DNA from: Candidatus Poribacteria bacterium
GTDB lineage: Bacteria; Poribacteria; WGA-4E; WGA-3G
Assembly (NCBI GenBank): GCA_963665235.2
Contig: CAXXLX010000001.1
Span: 1,696,001 to 1,760,000 of the forward strand
Direction of reading: 5' to 3'
DNA length: 64,000 bases
Made by a program: the position numbers and the translations under genes. Of the stretch, positions 31,489-41,223 are shown in pieces; the first letter of the stretch is position 1, and every line of letters begins with the position of its first letter. A model generated the notes under the pieces. That model saw nothing but the letters and a program-made list of their open reading frames with translations, did no database searches and was not told the origin of the DNA.

Positions 31489-32235
31489 CTAATCAAGTAG
31501 GTATCCCAAGTTGTAAGCTTCGTAAGCACTTCTACGGACGCTGTCCGCTGCTTGACGCATCTTTTCTTTAGCTTGTTCATCAGAAAGACCTGATGACTTA
31601 AGGAAGACTCTGATAATAGGGATTTTGCCTTCCGCCTCTTTTTCCAATAGCGCAATATCGGTCGCAATCTGTTCGGCTTCTACGATGTTTCCTGCCTGCA
31701 GGTGTTGGCTATATTGCCTCTGTAATGCTTTATAGCGTTGATATTGAGCGGGAGTCGGTGCGAACCCAATGCCGGTCTCTATTTCCACAATAGGTTCTCC
31801 GATGGGGTGTAAAATAGGTTCTCCATTGTCATCTAACATTGGAACATCAGGGGATGCCCATCGGTATTCATAGCCTTCAGGCGGTGGTTCTAGTCCACGT
31901 TCGCGATAAAAAATCTCAACGAGTTGTTTCCGCTCTTCAAGAGAGAGTTCCGACCAAGCGTGGACGTGTGGTTTCTCAGGAGGTACTTCGGCTGGCATTA
32001 AGGGTTCATGCGCTCTATCACGCCAATGCTCGCCAAGGGATGTACCGGGCTGGGGTGGTTTGAGCACGTCTTGTGCGGCACTTTGCCCAGCCTGTTCCTT
32101 CAGCAGGTTTTTGGTTTCCTCACTTAAGACGATTTTCGGTTCGGTGTCGATATTCCGCTGTGTAAGTAGGAAAACACCGGCCATTGCAAGTATAACAATG
32201 AGGCCAGCGAGCCCCCAGCTCCATTTCCATTTCAT
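31489..32235 (-). CDS. Membrane-anchored hypothetical protein (paralogue of the downstream gene)
   Basis: N-terminal TM; PPPEGYEY..DDNGEPIL and GFAPTPAQYQRYK motifs shared with 30475-31477. Confidence 0.8.
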   Translation of the reverse strand: MKWKWSWGLAGLIVILAMAGVFLLTQRNIDTEPKIVLSEETKNLLKEQAGQSAAQDVLKPPQPGTSLGEHWRDRAHEPLMPAEVPPEKPHVHAWSELSLEERKQLVEIFYRERGLEPPPEGYEYRWASPDVPMLDDNGEPILHPIGEPIVEIETGIGFAPTPAQYQRYKALQRQYSQHLQAGNIVEAEQIATDIALLEKEAEGKIPIIRVFLKSSGLSDEQAKEKMRQAADSVRRSAYEAYNLGYLLD

Positions 32236-32307
32236 GAGAAATTTCTCCTATGGTTTGTGACATGTCCTCCTTGGGGTGTCGTTTGTATAATGAAAACGGA
32301 TATGCCA

Positions 32308-32544
32308 CTATTTCACAGTGTACCGCGTGCAGGGAGGGGGGACCGAGTCAGGTTCCGGACAAGGCATTTCTTGTTTCCCTATTGTACACTCTGGAACCCG
32401 TATCCATTCTGGACAGGGGATATCTGTCTGTGTCACATCCATACTTTGGATCATTATAGCACAAAACAGCAGTATCCTGAAACAACAAAATATGAAATAA
32501 ACAAATGATAGATTAAGAAAATTTCCCTCTAGTTTGCGACACAC
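32308..32544 (-). CDS. Small Cys/Pro peptide (start uncertain, possibly frameshifted)
   Basis: Hydrophobic stretch followed by two [IM]PC...PxCT motifs. Confidence 0.4.
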   Translation of the reverse strand: MCRKLEGNFLNLSFVYFIFCCFRILLFCAIMIQSMDVTQTDIPCPEWIRVPECTIGKQEMPCPEPDSVPPPCTRYTVK

Positions 32545-32564
32545 TCATGTAGACCTGTCGTTTA

Positions 32565-32753
32565 TTAACGTGTTAATGTACAAGGGGGTATCGCGGGACC
32601 GCACGGAATACCGCTATCCGGGTTGCTGTTCCCATTGATCACCTTGAATATTCCAATGAGTATCACCGCAATAATGAGACTCACGCTGATTATAGCCCAG
32701 CACCTCCGATACCCGGCTGTCTGCTTCAATTGGGATAGTTTACTGCTGTTCAT
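32565..32753 (-). CDS. Small membrane-anchored or secreted peptide
   Basis: GAGGTG RBS; TM helix; C-terminal IPCGPAIPPCT. Confidence 0.55.
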   Translation of the reverse strand: MNSSKLSQLKQTAGYRRCWAIISVSLIIAVILIGIFKVINGNSNPDSGIPCGPAIPPCTLTR

Positions 32754-33058
32754 CTCTCACCTCTCTTTGGGGTAAGACGGACCCAAGCTAAGGGGTTAGG
32801 TTTGTAAAGGCGAAATGCACATTTGTGGCTACTATTCCCGTTTAGATGCTGTCCATCACTTGTCTATATTCGGGTGCATCCCGTTTCCACTTCTCCGAAT
32901 GCTGCTGCGTATGTCGCTAGCACCGAAGTGGATATCGACTTGGAACCCCCTGCTGGGTGTGTCGTGAACAGCACTTTTCACAAATGATAACATGTCCTTT
33001 GTAAAATGTCAATCAAAAACAGAATAGATGAACCATGACGATTCAACACAAATCACAT

Positions 33059-33748
33059 CTATTTTTCAGTAAGCAGTTGAATTAATTTGTTGCTTAACTG
33101 CTCTTCGGCTATCTCCGGGTATTTGGTTCTGAGCCGCTTTTTCAGCTCTTTTCTAGCCCGATGCACCCTAACCTCAACGTTGCCAACTTTCAGATTCAGC
33201 ATGTCGGCAATTTCTTTGGAAGACAACTCTTGGGCTATCAACTGCATCACGTCCCGCTGCTTTTTTGGAAGATTCGCTATCAAACCGTAGACGATTGATA
33301 GTTGTTCTTTATCCGTCGCGATACGCTCAGGCTGCGTGCTCTCAGGTTGCTGATACGGATATGATGCTTGAATCCCTATTTCCGCCAATCTGTTCCCAGA
33401 ACTGCTACCAGCGATTTCATGAACCTCCCATCTTAGCGGCTCTCTTTCCAGCTCTTTTCTCTGTGCTTCGAACCATTTTGCCCTTTTTCTTTCGGCAATG
33501 GTGAAAAGCCACGCTTTGAAACTTTTAGGTCTCCGAATTGTGCCTATCGATTTAAACGCTTCAAGGAGCGTATCTTGGGCGAGCTCTTCTGCATCCTCGT
33601 GCACGACGCCCTTGTTTTTGAAGAAACCGATAAGTTGTGGACGATATTTAAAATAGAGAGCATTCCATGCCGTTTCATCACCGGATTGGCAAGCTACTAC
33701 GTATTTTGCATCTTCTTCTGCATTCTTCTTGTCTGATTTCGATTCCAT
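33059..33748 (-). CDS. ECF RNA polymerase sigma factor
   Basis: Region 2 DAEELAQDTLL...SFKAWLFTIA; region 4 LPKKQRDV...SSKEIADMLN...VEVRVHRAR. Confidence 0.92.
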   Translation of the reverse strand: MESKSDKKNAEEDAKYVVACQSGDETAWNALYFKYRPQLIGFFKNKGVVHEDAEELAQDTLLEAFKSIGTIRRPKSFKAWLFTIAERKRAKWFEAQRKELEREPLRWEVHEIAGSSSGNRLAEIGIQASYPYQQPESTQPERIATDKEQLSIVYGLIANLPKKQRDVMQLIAQELSSKEIADMLNLKVGNVEVRVHRARKELKKRLRTKYPEIAEEQLSNKLIQLLTEK

Positions 33749-34168
33749 TGATTACTTTGGCATTATGAAATAATCACGTGTGCCTATTTTGTTAGGTTTA
33801 TTATAATAAGTGGCAAATTTTCTACAAAACCTTACAAAAATCTCATTTTTTAGGAGATGTTATTTTGTGAAATCCAAGATAGAAGTTGCATAATCCCTTT
33901 CCGCGTTTTCCGTGTTCTCCGCGCCTTCCGCGATTCAGACAAAAAAGATGTAACATAAGGACAAAAACTTTACACACTCTGGGTGTGTAAAGTTTTTGTA
34001 CGTCTGCGATATTTTTTCTGAAGAAAAATCAAACCATTCGCAACTAACATAACAGAGAACCAAAACATTTTTCGGAGGCAAGCGGTGCGTTTGCAACTCA
34101 CCTGACCAGACATCGATAGCGAAAGTGTAACATTTCATTTTTTTTGGGAAATCGTCCAAGGGGGGTGT

Positions 34169-34472
34169 AAACGGCTTACAAAGCTATGCGTGGCGGGCGT
34201 TCAGACACATTCAGAACCGAGAACCAAATGTTACACTTTGTGTCAAAAGTGTAACATTTTCCCCTGAACCGGTGTCAAAAAGTAGGCGGCAGAACGGTAA
34301 GAAAAGTTGTCAGGAGTGATACCCGAAATCGGCGGTTGAAATGTCACAATGCGTTTTTTTTGTGTTGCGAAAAAGAGAGGTCGAAAACGCTTACAAACAT
34401 AGATGGGGCGTGCGTTCAGGCACATTCAGAACCGGAAACCAAATGTTACACTTTGTGTCAAAAGTGTAACTT
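34169..34472. repeat. Two ~90-bp direct repeats, each ending in the palindrome AAATGTTACACTTT-N6-AAAGTGTAAC
   Basis: Copies at about 34169-34260 and 34385-34472; extra half-site near 34121. Confidence 0.8.
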
Positions 34473-34592
34473 ATGCACCGGTTTTGTACAAAAACTTTAC
34501 GCACCCACACACTCTTAATTGCTTGATTTATTTGAAAAAATATGATAGAATAGGTATCAATAAAACAGATTTAGATTCATAGGAGATTTTTC

Positions 34593-35183
34593 ATGGGTGT
34601 AGCATACACATCGGCAATTGCCGAAGTTATAGAAAAATTAGAGGCGGGCAATCCGCTGCCCCCGCTTGTTCCAGAAAACCCGTGTCATGCTGAATTGACA
34701 GGGACGCTGCAAGACCTGTCGCTTGATGACCTTTTCGAAGGGGAATCGCTAAAAAATGCAACCTTCGGAGAGGCACTGAAAAGCGGTCTGCTGCTCTGGA
34801 ACGATGCCTTAGACGCTTCACATAACATTTCGCAGGGGTTAGGGAACAACACGGGCAGCTATTGGCACGGTATTATGCATCGGCGGGAGCCGGATTACAG
34901 CAACGCGAAATATTGGTTCGGTCGGGTCGGAAATCATCCGATTTTTCCTGCACTTCGCGAACGCGCGGTAGCACTTTTGGAAGAAACACCGAACCGCTCG
35001 GATGCACTCACAGCTATTGCACAAACTATTGAGACACAAGAACACTGGGATGCATACCAATTTATCGATTGGTGCCAAGCCGCTGAAAATGAGTCCACTG
35101 CTGACGTAACCCATTTCTTGCAACAGGTACAGGCAGAAGAGATTAAACTGCTACTGGCGTATTCCTATCAGAACGCGCTGTAG
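34593..35183 (+). CDS. Conserved hypothetical protein
   Basis: AGGAG RBS; SHNISQ...[20 protein letters not shown] motif. Confidence 0.8.
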   Translation: MGVAYTSAIAEVIEKLEAGNPLPPLVPENPCHAELTGTLQDLSLDDLFEGESLKNATFGEALKSGLLLWNDALDASHNISQGLGNNTGSYWHGIMHRREPDYSNAKYWFGRVGNHPIFPALRERAVALLEETPNRSDALTAIAQTIETQEHWDAYQFIDWCQAAENESTADVTHFLQQVQAEEIKLLLAYSYQNAL

Positions 35184-35282
35184 CGGATGTGTCCAAATCA
35201 ACGCCATAAGTGCATGGCAGAAGGCACGTATGGAAACCTACTACATGATTCTGCCAAACCTTAGAACTGAAGGAGGATAACG

Positions 35283-36266
35283 ATGTTTTTCCGAAATAAA
35301 CCCACCTGGTGTTATCTTGTTATGCTATTGGCGGGGGGTCTCCTGCTAAGCTCCTGTGTACCCACGACGCTTGATACCGCAGGAACAGATAAGCGTCCAG
35401 CCGCCGAGAAGTATATGGAGATTAAGACACTCAATGAAACAGTTTCAAATAGCGACGAACTGGCCGCTGCGGATACGCTAATCCAGAAATCGAAGGCTTT
35501 TGTTAATCGGCATCCAAAATATGAGCAGGTAGATGAGGTCTACCATATTCTCGGCACCACGTTAATTTCGTTTGAACGCACCGAAGAGGGGATTGCTGTC
35601 TTGGAAGAACTGATTAAATACTATCCAACTGCGGACTACGCTGAGAAGGGTATGTTGGCGTTAGGGTTAGCGTACGACAAAACCAAACAGCATAATAAAG
35701 CAGATGTTGTCTACAAAAAGTTGGTGAGAAAATTCCCATTCAAGGATAGCGGTAAGGCTGCCCAGCGGCTGCTTGAAAAAGAGTGGAGCGCGCGAACAGG
35801 CGAATCGCCAATACCAACTGGCAACCGCTCAGACCCAAACGCATGGGTTGGAAAACCGGCACCCGATTTTCAGGTGGCGACTTTGACCGGCGAAGACCTC
35901 TCGTTGGAGAAATATCGCGGGCAGGTTGTGCTGCTTGATTTCTGGGCAACATGGTGCGGCCCCTGTATCGCCGAGATGCCGAACGTTAAGAGAACTTACG
36001 AAAAATACAAAAATCAGAAATTTGAGATTATCGGTATCAGTTTAGACAGGTCAATGTCAGCACTTAAGGGGTATATTGATAAGGAAGGAATCGCGTGGCC
36101 CCAATATTTGGACAGCGGGAGCCGACTTGGCGATATGTACCAGGTGCGATCAATTCCGTCCACTTTCCTAATTGATGGTAAAGGGATTATCCGGAAGACA
36201 AATCTCCAGGGCGGCGCACTTGAGACTGCCGTTGGGGAATTGGTTCGGGCAAATCAGGCTCAGTAA
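35283..36266 (+). CDS. Lipoprotein with TPR plus TlpA/ResA-like thioredoxin domain
   Basis: LLSSC lipobox; TPR-like helices; LLDFWATWCGPC; IPSTFLID. Confidence 0.9.
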   Translation: MFFRNKPTWCYLVMLLAGGLLLSSCVPTTLDTAGTDKRPAAEKYMEIKTLNETVSNSDELAAADTLIQKSKAFVNRHPKYEQVDEVYHILGTTLISFERTEEGIAVLEELIKYYPTADYAEKGMLALGLAYDKTKQHNKADVVYKKLVRKFPFKDSGKAAQRLLEKEWSARTGESPIPTGNRSDPNAWVGKPAPDFQVATLTGEDLSLEKYRGQVVLLDFWATWCGPCIAEMPNVKRTYEKYKNQKFEIIGISLDRSMSALKGYIDKEGIAWPQYLDSGSRLGDMYQVRSIPSTFLIDGKGIIRKTNLQGGALETAVGELVRANQAQ

Positions 36267-36309
36267 GTCTGCGTGCGCGCGATATGTACCGGACAGTTTC
36301 GACGATACC

Positions 36310-36345
36310 GTAGCAGGCGCGAGAGAGTCCGCCTCGCGCCGCTAC
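36310..36345. repeat. GTAG-type REP hairpin
   Basis: GTAGCAGGCGCGAG...CTCGCGCCGCTAC; related GTAG hairpins near 3580, 12186 and 13745. Confidence 0.65.
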
Positions 36346-36422
36346 TTTTCCACACATCCGACACAAACACCCAGCCAAAACAACGCGATTTTTTGAAGAA
36401 AAATGAAACCGTTCGCAACTAA

Positions 36423-36534
36423 TACCATTTTTATTAATTATTCTACCATTACCAGTTGTTAGAAATGAAACGGAGAACGGCACAAACTGGAAGTTTATGC
36501 TACAAGAAAGAGACATTTTCAATTAGAAATGGTA
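36423..36534 (+). mobile_element. MITE (112 bp), same family as 28707-28974, one internal repeat unit
   Basis: TACCATTT...AAATGGTA flanked by TAA/TAA; empty-site paralogue GCAACTAACAT at about 34040. Confidence 0.92.
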
Positions 36535-36609
36535 TAACATGACAGAACGCCAAAGCTTTTTTCAAAGGAAAATGAAACCGTTCGCAACTAATACCGAAGG
36601 AGGTTTACG

Positions 36610-38922
36610 ATGTTGTCCCGAAATAAGATAGACTCAAAGCAGAGAGAGAAGATAGGTTTCTGTGCACGCTTTATTAGCGTGCTCACATGCCTTGTGCTAA
36701 TAGGTTTTTGTGCTAATCTCGCCAGCGGGGCGGATTCGATGAAAACCGCTTACAAATATCAGGAAATTAAAGCACTCGCTAAAAAACTGGAGAAAAACCA
36801 GAGCGACTCTGAAGATTTAGAGACGTTGGCTGCGAAATCAAAAGCCTTTATTGCAGCACATCCGACATACAAACGCGTGGATGAGGTCTACTATGCCCTT
36901 GGCAACGTTTTGATAGAACTGGAAAAAGTTGAAGAGGGTGCTAAAGTTTTTGAACAACTGATTACGAAACACCCAGAGGCGCGAAAGGTTGAATCAGGAC
37001 TTTTAGGATTGGGCTTGGCTTACGACAAGCTCGGCAAACACGATAAAGCGGATGCGGTGTATAAAAAACTGATTGAGCATCCGAAATTCGGTTCGCGTTC
37101 TCAGGCGAAAATTGCTCAAAAAATTCTTGAACAGGATAAAGCGTCTCGAAAAGGCGAATCTCCGATACAGCCCCGGGCAAGTTCAGGCAGAACTGAATGG
37201 GTCGGTAAACCGGCACCCGATTTTGAGGTAACCGATTTGAAGGGTAAAAAACTTTCTTTGAAGAAATATCGCGGGCAGGTTGTGCTGCTTGACTTCTGGG
37301 CAACATGGTGCGGCCCCTGTATCGCCGAAGTCCCGAACGTGAAGGCGACTTACAAAAAATACAAAGACCAGAAGTTTCAAATCATCGGTATCAGCCTCGA
37401 TAACTCGAAAGCAGCACTTGAGAAATACATCGCGAAAGAAGGGCTCACATGGCATCACTATTTCGATGAAAGCGGAAAGTTGAGCACGTTATATAAGGTG
37501 TCGGGAATTCCATCCACTTTTCTGATTGACGGTGAGGGGGTTATCCGAAAGGCTGATCTCCGCGGGCACACGTTGGAAACTGCTGTCGCGGAATTGGTGA
37601 AAGAAAATCTCGCGAAACCTGCCGGGACCGCCGGCGACACCCCTGAGGCCGGTTCTAAATCGAAATCAATACCCGCAACAAAGCTGATTAAACCGAAAGG
37701 CGACCCCGCCAAACCGGCGGAGGCACGACCCAAGCCGGCTGAATGGGTCGGTAAACCAGCACCCGATTTTGAGGTAACCGATTTGAAGGGTAAAAAACTC
37801 GCCTTGAAAGATTATCGTGGGCAGGTTGTGCTGCTTGACTTCTGGGCAACATGGTGCGGCCCCTGTATCGCCGAGATGCCTAAAGTGAAAAAGGCTTACG
37901 AAAAATACAAAGAGCAGAAATTTCAAATCATCGGTATCAGCCTCGACAGGTCGCAACCCCCCCTTGATGCCTATATTGAGAAAGAGGGGCTTGCATGGCA
38001 TAACTACTGGGATAAAAGCCGTGAGGTGCGGAATCTATATAAGGTGTGGGGAATTCCAACAACCTTTTTGATTGACGGTGAAGGGGTTATCCGAAAGGCA
38101 TCCCTCGGCGGCTCTGACATTGAAACCGCTATTGCAGAATTGGTAAAGGAAAATCTCGCGAAACAGGCTGATTCCACTAAAGACACGCCTGTCGATTCTC
38201 CGGAAGAAACAGAAAAAAGTATTGAGGCTACTGTCGATGCAAAAGCACAAAAAATTATCGATGCCGCTGTCGATGCACACGGCGGACTTGAGAAACTACA
38301 AGCCGTGAAAAGCATTGTAATGGTATACCGTAGCTTGGAATACCACCCGGATGACAGTATAGACGATGAAGGCATAACAAAGATATACCGCTACCCTGAC
38401 AAATTCCGCAGTGATTGGTATTGGAATGACGAGGTACGGAGCCTTATCTTCGATGGCAATTCGGTGTTTATGATAGAAGAAGATGGAGAAATCGAACATG
38501 CACCCCCTGATGCGGCTAAAGACGTTATAGACTACTATAAAAATACCGATTTCAGGGAAGCAATTTGGCCGCTGACAACACTCCTAAAAAAGGATGTCAA
38601 CGTTCAATATGTGGGCACGGAAAAGGTGAAAGGTGTTCCCGCATCTGTCCTGCTGGTTACAGAGCCTTCCGGAAAAGAGAGCAAATTCTTCATTAGCGAA
38701 AAGACCCATTATGTAGTCAAGAAGGATTATAGCATGGGGAGGGGTGAGGAAGCGATGGACGCGGTAACGTACTTAAGCGATTATCGGGATGTCGATGGCA
38801 TTAAAATCCCGCACCATACTGCCACAAAAACCTTTGAACATCGCGAAATTATCATTACGGAGATTACATTAAACGCTGACATTGACGAAGCACTGTTCAA
38901 ACCTAATCAGGAGAAACCATGA
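36610..38922 (+). CDS. Exported protein with TPR, two TlpA-like redoxin domains and a C-terminal LolA-like domain
   Basis: Two WCGPC domains; AHGGLEKL...YRDVDGIKIPH...DEALFKP tail. Confidence 0.88.
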   Translation: MLSRNKIDSKQREKIGFCARFISVLTCLVLIGFCANLASGADSMKTAYKYQEIKALAKKLEKNQSDSEDLETLAAKSKAFIAAHPTYKRVDEVYYALGNVLIELEKVEEGAKVFEQLITKHPEARKVESGLLGLGLAYDKLGKHDKADAVYKKLIEHPKFGSRSQAKIAQKILEQDKASRKGESPIQPRASSGRTEWVGKPAPDFEVTDLKGKKLSLKKYRGQVVLLDFWATWCGPCIAEVPNVKATYKKYKDQKFQIIGISLDNSKAALEKYIAKEGLTWHHYFDESGKLSTLYKVSGIPSTFLIDGEGVIRKADLRGHTLETAVAELVKENLAKPAGTAGDTPEAGSKSKSIPATKLIKPKGDPAKPAEARPKPAEWVGKPAPDFEVTDLKGKKLALKDYRGQVVLLDFWATWCGPCIAEMPKVKKAYEKYKEQKFQIIGISLDRSQPPLDAYIEKEGLAWHNYWDKSREVRNLYKVWGIPTTFLIDGEGVIRKASLGGSDIETAIAELVKENLAKQADSTKDTPVDSPEETEKSIEATVDAKAQKIIDAAVDAHGGLEKLQAVKSIVMVYRSLEYHPDDSIDDEGITKIYRYPDKFRSDWYWNDEVRSLIFDGNSVFMIEEDGEIEHAPPDAAKDVIDYYKNTDFREAIWPLTTLLKKDVNVQYVGTEKVKGVPASVLLVTEPSGKESKFFISEKTHYVVKKDYSMGRGEEAMDAVTYLSDYRDVDGIKIPHHTATKTFEHREIIITEITLNADIDEALFKPNQEKP

Positions 38923-39039
38923 TGCGTTTAAGTTTGATGGCAATCGTAACCGTCTATATGAGTATATCCGCCGGTACCGCGCTGGTTTTGTAGTTGCGTT
39001 AATCCTACTGTCGCTTCGGAGCATGCATGAGGAGAAGCA

Positions 39040-40143
39040 ATGGCACACGTTACGTTGAACAGGGTCACCAAAGTTTACGAGGGTGATGTCCTTGCAGTTG
39101 AAGAAGCAGATTTTGAGATTCCGGATGAATCGTTTACCGTGCTTGTCGGTCCGTCAGGCTGCGGCAAATCGACCATTTTGCGGATGCTCGCCGGGCTGGA
39201 GGCGGTGACCGAAGGGGATATCTATATCGATGGCGAACGTGTTAACGACATTCCACCTAAAGATAGGGATATCGCCATGGTCTTTCAAAACTACGCGCTG
39301 TATCCGCACATGACGGTGTATAAAAATATGGCGTTCGGACTGAAGCTGCGCAAATACCCGAAAGCGGAGATAGCGCAGCGCGTCAACGAGGCTGCGGAGA
39401 TTCTAAGCATTTCGCATCTATTGAACCGCAAACCGAAACATCTCTCCGGGGGCGAACGTCAACGCGTGGCAGTCGGAAGGGCAATTGTTCGACAGCCGAA
39501 GGTATTTCTATTTGATGAACCGTTGAGCAATCTCGATGCAAAGCTGCGTGTGCAAATGCGGATGGAAATTAGCCGCCTGCATGACCGACTGAACGCTACC
39601 ATCGTTTACGTCACACACGACCAAGTAGAAGCGATGACAATGGGTGACCAGATAGTCGTGCTCAATACGGGAAAAATCCAGCAGATAGCCGACCCTGGAA
39701 CGCTCTATCACAACCCCGCTAATCAATTTGTCGGCGGTTTCATCGGCACACCCCCGATGAATTTTATTGAGACACATATTGTCAATAACGGCGGCAATCC
39801 GACACTCCAGTTTGAAACCTTTGAGATTGAATTGAATACACACCTGCGCGCAGCCCTGGATGGATTTCCGGGCGATTCAGTGACGCTCGGCATCCGACCG
39901 GAGGACATTCATGTCAGTGAAGATGGGACATTTAGCACAAACCAGGTCTTAACACAGGTGGAACTTGTTGAACCGCTCGGAAACCAGGCACTCCTGTACC
40001 TACGGACAGAAAAGAACAATTTCGTTGCCCAATCTGCCCTCGTCGATATGCCACAGCACAACACACCGCTAACGGTCAACTTCAACATAGATAAAGCGCA
40101 CCTATTTCACCCAGAGACAGGCGACTCGTTGACAGCAGCTTAG
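39040..40143 (+). CDS. Carbohydrate ABC transporter ATP-binding subunit (MalK/UgpC/MsmX)
   Basis: GPSGCGKST, VFQNYALYPHM, LSGGERQR, DEPLSNLD, TOBE domain. Confidence 0.96.
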   Translation: MAHVTLNRVTKVYEGDVLAVEEADFEIPDESFTVLVGPSGCGKSTILRMLAGLEAVTEGDIYIDGERVNDIPPKDRDIAMVFQNYALYPHMTVYKNMAFGLKLRKYPKAEIAQRVNEAAEILSISHLLNRKPKHLSGGERQRVAVGRAIVRQPKVFLFDEPLSNLDAKLRVQMRMEISRLHDRLNATIVYVTHDQVEAMTMGDQIVVLNTGKIQQIADPGTLYHNPANQFVGGFIGTPPMNFIETHIVNNGGNPTLQFETFEIELNTHLRAALDGFPGDSVTLGIRPEDIHVSEDGTFSTNQVLTQVELVEPLGNQALLYLRTEKNNFVAQSALVDMPQHNTPLTVNFNIDKAHLFHPETGDSLTAA

Positions 40144-40155
40144 AGCGGCTGACAA

Positions 40156-41223
40156 CTACAGAAGTGCTTGGAGCTGCTGCCACGTCTCTGTGTCTATCGG
40201 AATGCCTTCCCGTTCCCGTTTGTGCTGTTCCTGCCAACCGCGTTCCCCCGGCACTCGAATTTCGTCAAATCCAGCAGCACGTTTTGCCGATTTCAGATAT
40301 GCTATAAACCGTTCTATCTCGGCACTGAACCCCGGAAACGTTCTAAAACTGGCGACGTTAATCACGAACACGAATAGTCCGTTGCCGACGCGTGCATCTT
40401 CGCTACGACTACACCCTGCCCCCGTTAGAGCTCCTGCAAGAATATCCACAATCACACTGAGACCGAATCCTTTGTGTGCGGCAATCCCGCCGAACGGCAG
40501 TAGTGCCGCAGGCGGTATTCCGTAGAAATCGGCGGCATGTGTCGTTGGCTGCCCCGCCGCGTCAATGAGCCATCCGTGTGGCAGTGCCTCGTTCTGATGC
40601 TGTTTGACACGAATCTTTCCAGACGCAACAACGCTCGTAGACATATCCAAAACAATTTCAGTTCTGCGGGTTCGACCTGAACGTGCCTCGGTGCCACTCG
40701 TCGAAGATGTTTTGACTAACGGGACTGCACATGCAATCGGATTGGTAGAGAGCCGCCCTTCAATCCCGCCGTGCGGTGCAACGCACGTGCCGCCTCCGTG
40801 GTCGTTCGCCATGAGCATCCCAATCATCTCGGCATCCGCTGCGAGACATGCATATCCGCCTAATCTGCCCACCTCATTGCATCGCGACACAGCAACGGCA
40901 CTGATATCTGTCTGTTTCGCCTTCTGAATTGCCAACGCAACGGCATGCGTCGCAATCACGGGGCCGAATCCCCAATTGCCATCTAATACCGCAATGGATG
41001 CGGATTCGTGAAGTGTTTCTATCGGTGCCCCGGGCTGGATTAACCCCGCTTCCAATTCCTTCACATATTTCGGTAGATGAATAACCCCGTGTGAGTCGTG
41101 TCCGACAAGATTTGCCTCCACCATGGAACGGGTTACAATTTCCGCTTCTGCTGCGGGGATGTTCCGTTTTTGAAAGACGTTGAGACAAATAGTGGTGAGT
41201 TCTTCTGCTGTCCTATTTGGCAT
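40156..41223 (-). CDS. Ldh_2 family oxidoreductase (malate/L-lactate/sulfolactate dehydrogenase-like)
   Basis: GHDSHG, LDGNWGFG, TNPIA, LDMSTS, HKGFGL, RVPGE. Confidence 0.92.
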   Translation of the reverse strand: MPNRTAEELTTICLNVFQKRNIPAAEAEIVTRSMVEANLVGHDSHGVIHLPKYVKELEAGLIQPGAPIETLHESASIAVLDGNWGFGPVIATHAVALAIQKAKQTDISAVAVSRCNEVGRLGGYACLAADAEMIGMLMANDHGGGTCVAPHGGIEGRLSTNPIACAVPLVKTSSTSGTEARSGRTRRTEIVLDMSTSVVASGKIRVKQHQNEALPHGWLIDAAGQPTTHAADFYGIPPAALLPFGGIAAHKGFGLSVIVDILAGALTGAGCSRSEDARVGNGLFVFVINVASFRTFPGFSAEIERFIAYLKSAKRAAGFDEIRVPGERGWQEQHKREREGIPIDTETWQQLQALL

